A stretch of 64,000 nucleotides of DNA from Auanema rhodensis (GCA_964057225.1 OZ059899.1:20274001-20338000); one strand, 5' to 3'. Counted from the first letter of the stretch, positions 10,209 through 26,928 are shown. Made by a program: numbers and translations. Notes: a model not told the origin generated them from the letters alone.

Positions 10209-13200
10209 AGATAAAAAGATGCGGTTTTCAAAATTTGATTCCTCATGTCCATATTAGTCTAAAAACAAATTTTTATTGATATTGGTGCATGGTAACCATG
10301 ACTTTGAAATTTACGTGAACTTTAATTTATGCTAATTAAATGTACACGTGGTGTGCACTCGGTATGTAACTCGCTTCACGTGAAAGATAAAAAGATGCGG
10401 TTTTCAAAATTTGATTCCTCATGTCCATATTAGTCTAAAAACAAATTTTTATTGATATTGGTGCATGGTAACCATGACTTTGAAATTTACGTGAACTTTA
10501 ATTTATGCTTATTAAATGTACACGTGGTGTGCACTCGGTATGTAACTCGCTTCACGTGAAAGATAAAGAGATGCGGTTTTTAAAATTAGATTCCCCATGT
10601 CCATATTAGTCTGAAAACAATTTTTTACTGATATTGGTGCATGGTAACCATGACTTTGAAATTTACGTGAACTTTAATTTATGCTAATTAAATGTACAAG
10701 TGATGTGCACTTGGTATGTAACTCGCTTCACGTGAAAGATAAGGAGATGCGGTTTTCACAATTAGATTCCCCATGTCCATATTAGTCTAAAAACAAATTT
10801 TTATTGATATTGGTGCATGGTAACCATGACTTTGAAATTTACGTGAACTTCAATTTATGCTAATTAAATGTACACGCGGTGTGCACTTGGTATGTAACTC
10901 GCTTCACGTGAAAGATAAAGAGATGCGGTTTTAAAAATTAGATTCCCCATGTCCATATTAGTCTAAAAACAGTTTTTTACTGATATTGGTGCATGGTAAC
11001 CATGATTTTGAAATTTACGTGAACTTTAATTTATGCTAATTAAATGTACACGTGGTGTGCACTCGGTATGTAACTCGCTTCACGTGAAAGATAAAGAGAT
11101 GCGGTTAACAAAATTAGATTTCCTATGTCCATATTAGTCTAAAAACAAATTTTTATTGATATTGGTTCATGGTAACCATGACTTTGAAATTTACGTGAAC
11201 TTTAATTTATGCTAATTAAATGTACACGTGGTGTGCACTCGGTATGTAACTCGCTTCACGTGAAAGATAAAAAGATGCGGTTTTCAAAATTTGATTCCTC
11301 ATGTCCATATTAGTCTAAAAACAAATTTTTATTGATATTGGTGCATGGTAACCATGACTTTGAAATTTACGTGAACTTTAATTTATGCTAATTAAATGTA
11401 CACGTGATGTGCACTTGGTATGTAACTCGCTTCACGTGAAAGATAAAGAGATGCAGTTCTCAAAATTAGATTCCCCATGTCCATATTAGTCTAGAAACAA
11501 ATTTTTATTGATATTGGTGCATGGTAACCATGACTTTGAAATTTACGTGAACTTTAATTTATGCTAATTAAACGTACACGTGGTGTGCACTCGGTATGTA
11601 ACTCGCTTCACGTGAAAGGTAAAGAGATGCGGTTTTCAAAATTAGATTCCCCATGTCCATATTAGTCTAAAAACAAATTTTTATTGATATTGGTGCATGG
11701 TAACCATGACTTTGAAATTTACGTGAACTTTAATTTATGCTAATTAAATGTACACGTGGTGTGCACTCGGTATGTAACTCGCTTCACGTGAAAGATAAAG
11801 AGATGCGGTTTTCAAAATTAGATTCCCCATGTCCATATTAGTCTAAAAACAAATTTTTATTGATATTGGTGCATGGTAACCATGACTTTGAAATTTACGT
11901 GAACTTTAATTTATGCTAATTAAATGTACACGTGGTGTGCACTCGGTATGTAACTCGCTTCACGTGAAAGATAAAGAGATGCGGTTATCAAAATTGGATT
12001 TCCCATGTCCATATTAGTCTAAAAACAAATTTTTATTGATATTGGTGCATGGTAACCATGACTTTGAATTTTACGTGAACTTTGATTTATGCTAATTAAA
12101 TGTACACGTGATGTGCACTTGGTATGTAACTTGCTTCACGTGAAAGATAAAGAGATGCGGTTTTCAAAATTAGATTCCCCATGTCCATATTAGTCTTAAA
12201 ACAAATTTTTATTGATATTGGTGCATGGTAACCATGACTTTGAAATTTACGTGAACTTTAATTTATGCTAATTAAATGTACAAGTGATGTGCACTTGGTA
12301 TGTAACTCGCTTCACGTGAAAGATAAGGAGATGCGGTTTTCACAATTAGATTCCCCATGTCCATATTAGTCTAAAAACAAATTTTTATTGATATTGGTGC
12401 ATGGTAACCATGACTTTGAAATTTACGTGAACTTCAATTTATGCTAATTAAATGTACACGCGGTGTGCACTTGGTATGTAACTCGCTTCACGTGAAAGAT
12501 AAAGAGATGCGGTTTTAAAAATTAGATTCCCCATGTCCATATTAGTCTAAAAACAGTTTTTTACTGATATTGGTGCATGGTAACCATGATTTTGAAATTT
12601 ACGTGAACTTTAATTTATGCTAATTAAATGTACACGTGGTGTGCACTCGGTATGTAACTCGCTTCACGTGAAAGATAAAAAGATGCGGTTTTCAAAATTT
12701 GATTCCTCATGTCCATATTAGTCTAAAAACAAATTTTTATTGATATTGGTGCATGGTAACCATGACTTTGAAATTTACGTGAACTTTAATTTATGCTTAT
12801 TAAATGTACACGTGGTGTGCACTCGGTATGTAACTCGCTTCACGTGAAAGATAAAGAGATGCGGTTTTTAAAATTAGATTCCCCATGTCCATATTAGTCT
12901 GAAAACAATTTTTTACTGATATTGGTGCATGGTAACCATGACTTTGAAATTTACGTGAACTTTAATTTATGCTAATTAAATGTACAAGTGATGTGCACTT
13001 GGTATGTAACTCGCTTCACGTGAAAGATAAGGAGATGCGGTTTTCACAATTAGATTCCCCATGTCCATATTAGTCTAAAAACAAATTTTTATTGATATTG
13101 GTGCATGGTAACCATGACTTTGAAATTTACGTGAACTTCAATTTAAGCTAATTAAATGTACACGCGGTGTGCACTTGGTATGTAACTCGCTTCACGTGAA

Positions 13201-14608
13201 AGATAAAGAGATGCGGTTTTAAAAATTAGATTCCCCATGTCCATATTAGTCTAAAAACAGTTTTTTACTGATATTGGTGCATGGTAACCATGATTTTGAA
13301 ATTTACGTGAACTTTAATTTATGCTAATTAAATGTACACGTGGTGTGCACTCGGTATGTAACTCGCTTCACGTGAAAGATAAAGAGATGCGGTTAACAAA
13401 ATTAGATTTCCTATGTCCATATTAGTCTAAAAACAAATTTTTATTGATATTGGTTCATGGTAACCATGACTTTGAAATTTACGTGAACTTTAATTTATGC
13501 TAATTAAATGTACACGTGGTGTGCACTCGGTATGTAACTCGCTTCACGTGAAAGATAAAAAGATGCGGTTTTCAAAATTTGATTCCTCATGTCCATATTA
13601 GTCTAAAAACAAATTTTTATTGATATTGGTGCATGGTAACCATGACTTTGAAATTTACGTGAACTTTAATTTATGCTAATTAAATGTACACGTGATGTGC
13701 ACTTGGTATGTAACTCGCTTCACGTGAAAGATAAAGAGATGCAGTTCTCAAAATTAGATTCCCCATGTCCATATTAGTCTAGAAACAAATTTTTATTGAT
13801 ATTGGTGCATGGTAACCATGACTTTGAAATTTAAGTGAACTTTAATTTATGCTAATTAAACGTACACGTGGTGTGCACTCGGTATGTAACTCGCTTCACG
13901 TGAAAGATAAAGAGATGCGGTTTTCAAAATTAGATTCCCCATGTCCATATTAGTCTTAAAACAAATTTTTATTGATATTGGTGCATGGTAACCATGACTT
14001 TGAAATTTACGTGAACTTTAATTTATGCTAATTAAATGTACACGTGGTGTGCACTCGGTATGTAACTCGCTTCACGTGAAAGATAAAAAGATGCGGTTTT
14101 CAAAATTTGATTCCTCATGTCCATATTAGTCTAAAAACAAATTTTTATTGATATTGGTGCATGGTAACCATGACTTTGAAATTTACGTGAACTTTAATTT
14201 ATGCTAATTAAATGTACACGTGGTGTGCACTCGGTATGTAACTCGCTTCACGTGAAAGATAAAAAGATGCGGTTTTCAAAATTTGATTCCTCATGTCCAT
14301 ATTAGTCTAAAAACAAATTTTTATTGATATTGGTGCATGGTAACCATGACTTTGAAATTTACGTGAACTTTAATTTATGCTTATTAAATGTACACGTGGT
14401 GTGCACTCGGTATGTAACTCGCTTCACGTGAAAGATAAAGAGATGCGGTTTTTAAAATTAGATTCCCCATGTCCATATTAGTCTGAAAACAATTTTTTAC
14501 TGATATTGGTGCATGGTAACCATGACTTTGAAATTTACGTGAACTTTAATTTATGCTAATTAAATGTACACGTGGTGTGCACTCGGTATGTAACTCGCTT
14601 CACGTGAA

Positions 14609-17600
14609 AGATAAAAAGATGCGGTTTTCAAAATTTGATTCCTCATGTCCATATTAGTCTAAAAACAAATTTTTATTGATATTGGTGCATGGTAACCATG
14701 ACTTTGAAATTTACGTGAACTTTAATTTATGCTAATTAAATGTACACGTGATGTGCACTTGGTATGTAACTCGCTTCACGTGAAAGATAAAGAGATGCAG
14801 TTCTCAAAATTAGATTCCCCATGTCCATATTAGTCTAGAAACAAATTTTTATTGATATTGGTGCATGGTAACCATGACTTTGAAATTTACGTGAACTTTA
14901 ATTTATGCTAATTAAACGTACACGTGGTGTGCACTCGGTATGTAACTCGCTTCACGTGAAAGGTAAAGAGATGCGGTTTTCAAAATTAGATTCCCCATGT
15001 CCATATTAGTCTAAAAACAAATTTTTATTGATATTGGTGCATGGTAACCATGACTTTGAAATTTACGTGAACTTTAATTTATGCTAATTAAATGTACACG
15101 TGGTGTGCACTCGGTATGTAACTCGCTTCACGTGAAAGATAAAGAGATGCGGTTATCAAAATTGGATTTCCCCTGTCCATATTAGTCTAAAAACAAATTT
15201 TTATTGATATTGGTGCATGGTAACCATGACTTTGAATTTTACGTGAACTTTGATTTATGCTAATTAAATGTACACGTGATGTGCACTTGGTATGTAACTT
15301 GCTTCACGTGAAAGATAAAGAGATGCGGTTTTCAAAATTAGATTCCCCATGTCCATATTAGTCTTAAAACAAATTTTTATTGATATTGGTGCATGGTAAC
15401 CATGACTTTGAAATTTACGTGAACTTTAATTTATGCTAATTAAATGTACAAGTGATGTGCACTTGGTATGTAACTCGCTTCACGTGAAAGATAAGGAGAT
15501 GCGGTTTTCACAATTAGATTCCCCATGTCCATATTAGTCTAAAAACAAATTTTTTTTGATATTGGTGCATGGTAACCATGACTTTGAAATTTACGTGAAC
15601 TTCAATTTATGCTAATTAAATGTACACGCGGTGTGCACTTGGTATGTAACTCGCTTCACGTGAAAGATAAAGAGATGCGGTTTTAAAAATTAGATTCCCC
15701 ATGTCCATATTAGTCTAAAAACAGTTTTTTACTGATATTGGTGCATGGTAACCATGATTTTGAAATTTACGTGAACTTTAATTTATGCTAATTAAATGTA
15801 CACGTGGTGTGCACTCGGTATGTAACTCGCTTCACGTGAAAGATAAAGAGATGCGGTTAACAAAATTAGATTTCCTATGTCCATATTAGTCTAAAAACAA
15901 ATTTTTATTGATATTGGTTCATGGTAACCATGACTTTGAAATTTACGTGAACTTTAATTTATGCTAATTAAATGTACACGTGATGTGCACTTGGTATGTA
16001 ACTCGCTTCACGTGAAAGATAAAGAGATGCAGTTCTCAAAATTAGATTCCCCATGTCCATATTAGTCTAGAAACAAATTTTTATTGATATTGGTGCATGG
16101 TAACCATGACTTTGAAATTTACGTGAACTTTAATTTATGCTAATTAAATGTACACGTGATGTGCACTTGGTATGTAACTTGCTTCACGTGAAAGATAAAG
16201 AGATGCGGTTTTCAAAATTAGATTCCCCATGTCCATATTAGTCTTAAAACAAATTTTCATTGATATTGGTGCATGGTAACCATGACTTTGAAATTTACGT
16301 GAACTTTAATTTATGCTAATTAAATGTACACGTGATGTGCACTTGGTATGTAACTCGCTTCACGTGAAAGATAAAGAGATGCAGTTCTCAAAATTAGATT
16401 CCCCATGTCCATATTAGTCTAAAAACAAATTTTTATTGATATTGGTGCATGGTAACCATGACTTTGAAATTTACGTGAACTTTAATTTATGCTAATTAAA
16501 TGTACACGTGATGTGCACTTGGTATGTAACTTGCTTCACGTGAAAGATAAATAGATGCGGTTTTCAAAATTAGATTCCCCATGTCCATATTAGTCTTAAA
16601 ACAAATTTTCATTGATATTGGTGCATGGTAACCATGACTTTGAAATTTACGTGAACTTTAATTTATGCTAATTAAATGTACACGTGATGTGCACTTGGTA
16701 TGTAACTCGCTTCACGTGAAAGATAAAGAGATGCAGTTCTCAAAATTAGATTCCCCATGTCCATATTAGTCTAAAAACAAATTTTTATTGATATTGGTGC
16801 ATGGTAACCATGATTTTGAAATTTACGTGAACTTTAATTTATGCTAATTAAATGTACACGTGGTGTGCACTCGGTATGTAACTCGCTTCACGTGAAAGAT
16901 AAAGAGATGCGGTTTATAAAATTAGATTCCCCATGTCCATATTAGTCTAAAAACAAATTTTTATTGATATTGGTGCATGGTAACCATGACTTTGAAATTT
17001 ACGTGAACTTTAATTTATGCTAATTAAATGTACACGTGATGTGCACTTGGTATGTAACTCGCTTCACGTGAAAGATAAGGAGATGCGGTTTCCAAAAATA
17101 GATTCCCCATGTCCATATTAGTCTAAAAACAAATTTTTATTGATATTGGTGCATGGTAACCATGACTTTGAAATTTACGTGAACTTTAATTTATGCTAAT
17201 TAAATGTACACGTGGTGTGCACTCGGTATGTAACTCGCTTCACGTGAAAGATAAAGAGATGAGGTTTTCCAAATTAGATTCCCCATGTCCATATTAGTCT
17301 AAAAACAAATTTTTATCGATATTGGTGCATGGTAACCATGACTTTGAAATTTACGTGAACTTTATTTTATGCTACATAAATGTACACGTGGTGTGCACTC
17401 GGTATGTATCTCTATTCACGTGAAAGATAAAGAGATGCGGTTTCCAAAATTAGATTCCCCATGTCCATATTAGTCTAAAAACAGTTTTTTACTGATATTG
17501 GTGCATGGTAACCATGATTTTGAAATTTACGTGAACTTTAATTTATGCTAATTAAATGTACACATGGTGTGCACTCGGTATGTAACTCGCTTCACGTGAA

Positions 17601-20600
17601 AGATAAAGAGATGCGGTTTTCAAAATTAGATTCCCCATGTCCATATTAGTCTAAAAACAAATTTTTATTGATATTGGTGCATGGTAACCATGACTTTGAA
17701 TTTTACGTGAACTTTAATTTATGCTAATTAAACGTACACGTGGTGTGCACTTGGTATGTAACTCGCTTCACGTGAAAGATAAGGAGATGCGGTTTTCACG
17801 ATTAGATTCCCCATGTCCATATTAGTCTAAAAACAAATTTTTATTGATATTGGTGCATGGTAACCATGACTTTGAAATTTACGTGAACTTCAATTTATGC
17901 TAATTAAATGTACACGCGGTGTGCACTTGGTATGTAACTCGCTTCACGTGAAAGATAAAGAGATGCGGTTAACAAAATTAGATTTCCTATGTCCATATTA
18001 GTCTAAAAACAAATTTTTATTGATATTGGTGCATGGTAACCATGACTTTGAAATTTACGTGAACTTCAATTTATGCTAATTAAATGTACACGCGGTGTGC
18101 ACTTGGTATGTAACTCGCTTCACGTGAAAGATAAAGAGATGCGGTTAACAAAATTAGATTTCCTATGTCCATATTAGTCTAAAAACAAATTTTTATTGAT
18201 ATTGGTTCATGGTAACCATGACTTTGAAATTTACGTGAACTTTAATTTATGCTAATTAAATGTACACGTGATGTGCACTTGGTATGTAACTCGCTTCACG
18301 TGAAAGATAAAGAGATGCAGTTCTCAAAATTAGATTCCCCATGTCCATATCAGTCTAAAAACAAATTTTTATTGATATTGGTGCATGGTAACCATGACTT
18401 TGAAATTTACGTGAACTTTAATTTATGCTAATTAAATGTACACGTGGTGTGCACTCGGTATGTAACTCGCTTCACGTGAAAGATAAAGAGATGCGGTTTA
18501 TAAAATTAGATTCCCCATGTCCATATTAGTCTAAAAACAAATTTTTATTGATATTGGTGCATGGTAACCATGACTTTGAAATTTACGTGAACTTTAATTT
18601 ATGCTAATTAAATGTACACGTGATGTGCACTTGGTATGTAACTCGCTTCACGTGAAAGATAAGGAGATGCGGTTTCCAAAAATAGATTCCCCATGTCCAT
18701 ATTAGTCTAAAAACAAATTTTTATTGATATTGGTGCATGGTAACCATGACTTTGAAATTTACGTGAACTTTAATTTATGCTAATTAAATGTACACGTGGT
18801 GTGCACTCGGTATGTAACTCGCTTCACGTGAAAGATAAAGAGATGAGGTTTTCCAAATTAGATTCCCCATGTCCATATTAGTCTAAAAACAAATTTTTAT
18901 CGATATTGGTGCATGGTAACCATGACTTTGAAATTTACGTGAACTTTATTTTATGCTACATAAATGTACACGTGGTGTGCACTCGGTATGTATCTCGCTT
19001 CACGTGAAAGATAAAGAGATGCGGTTTCCAAAATTAGATTCCCCATGTCCATATTAGTCTTAAAACAAATTTTTATTGATATTGGTGCATGGTAACCATG
19101 ACTTTGAATTTTACGTGAACTTTAATTTATGCTAATTAAACGTACACGTGGTGTGCACTCGGTATGTAACTCGCTTCACGTGAAAGATAAAGAGATGAGG
19201 TTTTCCAAATTAGATTCCCCATGTCCATATTAGTCTAAAAACAGTTTTTTACTGATATTGGTGCATGCTAACCATGATTTTGAAATTTACGTGAACTTTA
19301 ATTTATGCTAATTAAATGTACACATGGTGTGCACTCGGTATGTAACTCGCTTCACGTGAAAGATAAAGAGATGCGGTTTTCAAAATTAGATTCCCCATGT
19401 CCATATTAGTCTAAAAACAAATTTTTATTGATATTGGTGCATGGTAACCATGACTTTGAATTTTACGTGAACTTTAATTTATGCTAATTAAACGTACACG
19501 TGGTGTGCACTCGGTATGTAACTCGCTTCACGTGAAAGATAAAGAGATGCGGTTTTCACAATTAGATTCCCCATGTCCATATTAGTCTAAAAACAAATTT
19601 TTATTGATATTGGTGCATGGTAACCATGACTTTGAAATTTACGTGAACTTCAATTTATGCTAATTAAATGTACACGCGGTGTGCACTTGGTATGTAACTC
19701 GCTTCACGTGAAAGATAAAGAGATGCGGTTTTAAAAATTAGATTCCCCATGTCCATATTAGTCTAAAAACAGTTTTTTACTGATATTGGTGCATGGTAAC
19801 CATGATTTTGAAATTTACGTGAACTTTAATTTATGCTAATTAAATGTACACGTGGTGTGCACTCGGTATGTAACTCGCTTCACGTGAAAGATAAAGAGAT
19901 GCGGTTAACAAAATTAGATTTCCTATGTCCATATTAGTCTAAAAACAAATTTTTATTGATATTGGTTCATGGTAACCATGACTTTGAAATATACGTGAAC
20001 TTTAATTTATGCTAATTAAATGTACACGTGGTGTGCACTCGGTATGTAACTCGCTTCACGTGAAAGATAAAAAGATGCGGTTTTCAAAATTTGATTCCTC
20101 ATGTCCATATTAGTCTAAAAACAAATTTTTATTGATATTGGTGCATGGTAACCATGACTTTGAAATTTACGTGAACTTTAATTTATGCTAATTAAATGTA
20201 CACGTGATGTGCACTTGGTATGTAACTCGCTTCACGTGAAAGATAAAGAGATGCAGTTCTCAAAATTAGATTCCCCATGTCCATATTAGTCTAGAAACAA
20301 ATTTTTATTGATATTGGTGCATGGTAACCATGACTTTGAAATTTACGTGAACTTTAATTTATGCTAATTAAATGTACACGTGATGTGCACTTGGTATGTA
20401 ACTCGCTTCACGTGAAAGATAAAGAGATGCAGTTCTCAAAATTAGATTCCCCATGTCCATATTAGTCTAGAAACAAATTTTTATTGATATTGGTGCATGG
20501 TAACCATGACTTTGAAATTTACGTGAACTTTAATTTATGCTAATTAAATGTACACGTGATGTGCACTTGGTATGTAACTTGCTTCACGTGAAAGATAAAG

Positions 20601-20944
20601 AGATGCGGTTTTCAAAATTAGATTCCCCATGTCCATATTAGTCTTAAAACAAATTTTCATTGATATTGGTGCATGGTAACCATGACTTTGAAATTTACGT
20701 GAACTTTAATTTATGCTAATTAAATGTACACGTGATGTGCACTTGGTATGTAACTCGCTTCACGTGAAAGATAAAGAGATGCGGTTTTTAAAATTAGATT
20801 CCCCATGTCCATATTAGTCTAAAAACAAATTTTTATTGATATTGGTGCATGGTAACCATGACTTTGAAATTTACGTGAACTTTAATTTATGCTAATTAAA
20901 TGTACACGTGGTGTGCACTCGGTATGTAACTCGCTTCACGTGAA
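14609..20944 (+). repeat. 36-monomer block (6336 bp), copy 1; copy 2 at 30225-36560
   Basis: Same subtype order at offset 15616. Shared rare variants: tatctcTAttcacg (17413/33029), tatCagt (18351/33967) and gaaatAtacg. Confidence 0.88.
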
Positions 20945-23900
20945 AGATAAAAAGATGCGGTTTTCAAAATTTGATTCCTCATGTCCATATTAGTCTAAAA
21001 ACAAATTTTTATTGATATTGGTGCATGGTAACCATGACTTTGAAATTTACGTGAACTTTAATTTATGCTAATTAAATGTACACGTGATGTGCACTTGGTA
21101 TGTAACTTGCTTCACGTGAAAGATAAAGAGATGCGGTTTTCAAAATTAGATTCCCCATGTCCATATTAGTCTTAAAACAAATTTTCATTGATATTGGTGC
21201 ATGGTAACCATGACTTTGAAATTTACGTGAACTTTAATTTATGCTAATTAAATGTACAAGTGATGTGCACTTGGTATGTAACTCGCTTCACGTGAAAGAT
21301 AAGGAGATGCGGTTTTCACAATTAGATTCCCCATGTCCATATTAGTCTAAAAACAAATTTTTATTGATATTGGTGCATGGTAACCATGACTTTGAAATTT
21401 ACGTGAACTTCAATTTATGCTAATTAAATGTACACGCGGTGTGCACTTGGTATGTAACTCGCTTCACGTGAAAGATAAAGAGATGCGGTTTTAAAAATTA
21501 GATTCCCCATGTCCATATTAGTCTAAAAACAAATTTTTATTGATATTGGTGCATGGTAACCATGACTTTGAAATTTACGTGAACTTTAATTTATGCTAAT
21601 TAAATGTACACGTGGTGTGCACTCGGTATGTAACTCGCTTCACGTGAAAGATAAAAAGATGCGGTTTTCAAAATTTGATTCCTCATGTCCATATTAGTCT
21701 AAAAACAAATTTTTATTGATATTGGTGCATGGTAACCATGACTTTGAAATTTACGTGAACTTTAATTTATGCTAATTAAATGTACACGTGATGTGCACTT
21801 GGTATGTAACTTGCTTCACGTGAAAGATAAAGAGATGCGGTTTTCAAAATTAGATTCCCCATGTCCATATTAGTCTTAAAACAAATTTTCATTGATATTG
21901 GTGCATGGTAACCATGACTTTGAAATTTACGTGAACTTTAATTTATGCTAATTAAATGTACAAGTGATGTGCACTTGGTATGTAACTCGCTTCACGTGAA
22001 AGATAAGGAGATGCGGTTTTCACAATTAGATTCCCCATGTCCATATTAGTCTAAAAACAAATTTTTATTGATATTGGTGCATGGTAACCATGACTTTGAA
22101 ATTTACGTGAACTTCAATTTATGCTAATTAAATGTACACGCGGTGTGCACTTGGTATGTAACTCGCTTCACGTGAAAGATAAAGAGATGCGGTTTTAAAA
22201 ATTAGATTCCCCATGTCCATATTAGCCTAAAAACAGTTTTTTACTGATATTGGTGCATGGTAACCATGACTTTGAAATTTACGTGAACTTTAATTTATGC
22301 TAATTAAATGTACACGTGGTGTGCACTCGGTATGTAACTCGCTTCACGTGAAAGATAAAGAGATGCGGTTAACAAAATTAGATTTCCTATGTCCATATTA
22401 GTCTAAAAACAAATTTTTATTGATATTGGTTCATGGTAACCATGACTTTGAAATTTACGTGAACTTTAATTTATGCTAATTAAATGTACACGTGGTGTGC
22501 ACTCGGTATGTAACTCGCTTCACGTGAAAGATAAAAAGATGCGGTTTTCAAAATTTGATTCCTCATGTCCATATTAGTCTAAAAACAAATTTTTATTGAT
22601 ATTGGTGCATGGTAACCATGACTTTGAAATTTACGTGAACTTTAATTTATGCTAATTAAATGTACACGTGATGTGCACTTGGTATGTAACTCGCTTCACG
22701 TGAAAGATAAAGAGATGCAGTTCTCAAAATTAGATTCCCCATGTCCATATTAGTCTAGAAACAAATTTTTATTGATATTGGTGCATGGTAACCATGACTT
22801 TGAAATTTACGTGAACTTTAATTTATGCTAATTAAACGTACACGTGGTGTGCACTCGGTATGTAACTCGCTTCACGTGAAAGATAAAGAGATGCGGTTTT
22901 CAAAATTAGATTCCCCATGTCCATATTAGTCTTAAAACAAATTTTTATTGATATTGGTGCATGGTAACCATGACTTTGAAATTTACGTGAACTTTAATTT
23001 ATGCTAATTAAATGTACACGTGGTGTGCACTCGGTATGTAACTCGCTTCACGTGAAAGATAAAAAGATGCGGTTTTCAAAATTTGATTCCTCATGTCCAT
23101 ATTAGTCTAAAAACAAATTTTTATTGATATTGGTGCATGGTAACCATGACTTTGAAATTTACGTGAACTTTAATTTATGCTAATTAAATGTACACGTGGT
23201 GTGCACTCGGTATGTAACTCGCTTCACGTGAAAGATAAAAAGATGCGGTTTTCAAAATTTGATTCCTCATGTCCATATTAGTCTAAAAACAAATTTTTAT
23301 TGATATTGGTGCATGGTAACCATGACTTTGAAATTTACGTGAACTTTAATTTATGCTTATTAAATGTACACGTGGTGTGCACTCGGTATGTAACTCGCTT
23401 CACGTGAAAGATAAAGAGATGCGGTTTTTAAAATTAGATTCCCCATGTCCATATTAGTCTGAAAACAATTTTTTACTGATATTGGTGCATGGTAACCATG
23501 ACTTTGAAATTTACGTGAACTTTAATTTATGCTAATTAAATGTACAAGTGATGTGCACTTGGTATGTAACTCGCTTCACGTGAAAGATAAGGAGATGCGG
23601 TTTTCACAATTAGATTCCCCATGTCCATATTAGTCTAAAAACAAATTTTTATTGATATTGGTGCATGGTAACCATGACTTTGAAATTTACGTGAACTTCA
23701 ATTTATGCTAATTAAATGTACACGCGGTGTGCACTTGGTATGTAACTCGCTTCACGTGAAAGATAAAGAGATGCGGTTTTAAAAATTAGATTCCCCATGT
23801 CCATATTAGTCTAAAAACAGTTTTTTACTGATATTGGTGCATGGTAACCATGATTTTGAAATTTACGTGAACTTTAATTTATGCTAATTAAATGTACACG

Positions 23901-26900
23901 TGGTGTGCACTCGGTATGTAACTCGCTTCACGTGAAAGATAAAGAGATGCGGTTAACAAAATTAGATTTCCTATGTCCATATTAGTCTAAAAACAAATTT
24001 TTATTGATATTGGTTCATGGTAACCATGACTTTGAAATTTACGTGAACTTTAATTTATGCTAATTAAATGTACACGTGGTGTGCACTCGGTATGTAACTC
24101 GCTTCACGTGAAAGATAAAAAGATGCGGTTTTCAAAATTTGATTCCTCATGTCCATATTAGTCTAAAAACAAATTTTTATTGATATTGGTGCATGGTAAC
24201 CATGACTTTGAAATTTACGTGAACTTTAATTTATGCTAATTAAATGTACACGTGATGTGCACTTGGTATGTAACTCGCTTCACGTGAAAGATAAAGAGAT
24301 GCAGTTCTCAAAATTAGATTCCCCATGTCCATATTAGTCTAGAAACAAATTTTTATTGATATTGGTGCATGGTAACCATGACTTTGAAATTTACGTGAAC
24401 TTTAATTTATGCTAATTAAACGTACACGTGGTGTGCACTCGGTATGTAACTCGCTTCACGTGAAAGATAAAGAGATGCGGTTTTCAAAATTAGATTCCCC
24501 ATGTCCATATTAGTCTAAAAAGAAATTTTTATTGATATTGGTGCATGGTAACCATGACTTTGAAATTTACGTGAACTTTAATTTATGCTAATTAAATGTA
24601 CACGTGGTGTGCACTCGGTATGTAACTCGCTTCACGTGAAAGATAAAGAGATGCGGTTATCAAAATTGGATTTCCCATGTCCATATTAGTCTAAAAACAA
24701 ATTTTTATTGATATTGGTGCATGGTAACCATGACTTTGAATTTTACGTGAACTTTGATTTATGCTAATTAAATGTACACGTGATGTGCACTTGGTATGTA
24801 ACTTGCTTCACGTGAAAGATAAAGAGATGCGGTTTTCAAAATTAGATTCCCCATGTCCATATTAGTCTTAAAACAAATTTTTATTGATATTGGTGCATGG
24901 TAACCATGACTTTGAAATTTACGTGAACTTTAATTTATGCTAATTAAATGTACAAGTGATGTGCACTTGGTATGTAACTCGCTTCACGTGAAAGATAAGG
25001 AGATGCGGTTTTCACAATTAGATTCCCCATGTCCATATTAGTCTAAAAACAAATTTTTATTGATATTGGTGCATGGTAACCATGACTTTGAAATTTACGT
25101 GAACTTCAATTTATGCTAATTAAATGTACACGCGGTGTGCACTTGGTATGTAACTCGCTTCACGTGAAAGATAAAGAGATGCGGTTTTAAAAATTAGATT
25201 CCCCATGTCCATATTAGTCTAAAAACAGTTTTTTACTGATATTGGTGCATGGTAACCATGATTTTGAAATTTACGTGAACTTTAATTTATGCTAATTAAA
25301 TGTACACGTGGTGTGCACTCGGTATGTAACTCGCTTCACGTGAAAGATAAAGAGATGCGGTTAACAAAATTAGATTTCCTATGTCCATATTAGTCTAAAA
25401 ACAAATTTTTATTGATATTGGTTCATGGTAACCATGACTTTGAAATTTACGTGAACTTTAATTTATGCTAATTAAATGTACACGTGATGTGCACTTGGTA
25501 TGTAACTCGCTTCACGTGAAAGATAAAGAGATGCAGTTCTCAAAATTAGATTCCCCATGTCCATATTAGTCTAGAAACAAATTTTTATTGATATTGGTGC
25601 ATGGTAACCATGACTTTGAAATTTACGTGAACTTTAATTTATGCTAATTAAATGTACACGTGATGTGCACTTGGTATGTAACTTGCTTCACGTGAAAGAT
25701 AAAGAGATGCGGTTTTCAAAATTAGATTCCCCATGTCCATATTAGTCTTAAAACAAATTTTCATTGATATTGGTGCATGGTAACCATGACTTTGAAATTT
25801 ACGTGAACTTTAATTTATGCTAATTAAATGTACACGTGATGTGCACTTGGTATGTAACTCGCTTCACGTGAAAGATAAGGAGATGCGGTTTTCAAAAATA
25901 GATTCCCCATGTCCATATTAGTCTAAAAACAAATTTTTATTGATATTGGTGCATGGTAACCATGACTTTGAAATTTACGTGAACTTTAATTTATGCTAAT
26001 TAAATGTACACGTGATGTGCACTTGGTATGTAACTTGCTTCACGTGAAAGATAAAGAGATGCGGTTTTCAAAATTAGATTCCCCATGTCCATATTAGTCT
26101 TAAAACAAATTTTCATTGATATTGGTGCATGGTAACCATGACTTTGAAATTTACGTGAACTTTAATTTATGCTAATTAAATGTACACGTGATGTGCACTT
26201 GGTATGTAACTCGCTTCACGTGAAAGATAAAGAGATGCGGTTTTTAAAATTAGATTCCCCATGTCCATATTAGTATAAAAACAGTTTTTTACTGATATTG
26301 GTGCATGGTAACCATGATTTTGAAATTTACGTGAACTTTAATTTATGCTAATTAAATGTACACATGGTGTGCACTCGGTATGTAACTCGCTTCACGTGAA
26401 AGATAAAGAGATGCGGTTTTCAAAATTAGATTCCCCATGTCCATATTAGTCTAAAAACAAATTTTTATTGATATTGGTGCATGGTAACCATGACTTTGAA
26501 TTTTACGTGAACTTTAATTTATGCTAATTAAACGTACACGTGGTGTGCACTTGGTATGTAACTCGCTTCACGTGAAAGATAAGGAGATGCGGTTTTCACG
26601 ATTAGATTCCCCATGTCCATATTAGTCTAAAAACAAATTTTTATTGATATTGGTGCATGGTAACCATGACTTTGAAATTTACGTGAACTTCAATTTATGC
26701 TAATTAAATGTACACGCGGTGTGCACTTGGTATGTAACTCGCTTCACGTGAAAGATAAAGAGATGCGGTTAACAAAATTAGATTTCCTATGTCCATATTA
26801 GTCTAAAAACAAATTTTTATTGATATTGGTGCATGGTAACCATGACTTTGAAATTTACGTGAACTTCAATTTATGCTAATTAAATGTACACGCGGTGTGC

Positions 26901-26928
26901 ACTTGGTATGTAACTCGCTTCACGTGAA

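Noticed and set aside
18249-18431. 60-aa ORF (also 33865-34047 and 37737-37919) as a real CDS
   Set aside because: It lies wholly in satellite monomers and arises from one stop-loss SNP copied by duplication. It has no recognisable domain, and the 176-bp period is not a multiple of 3.
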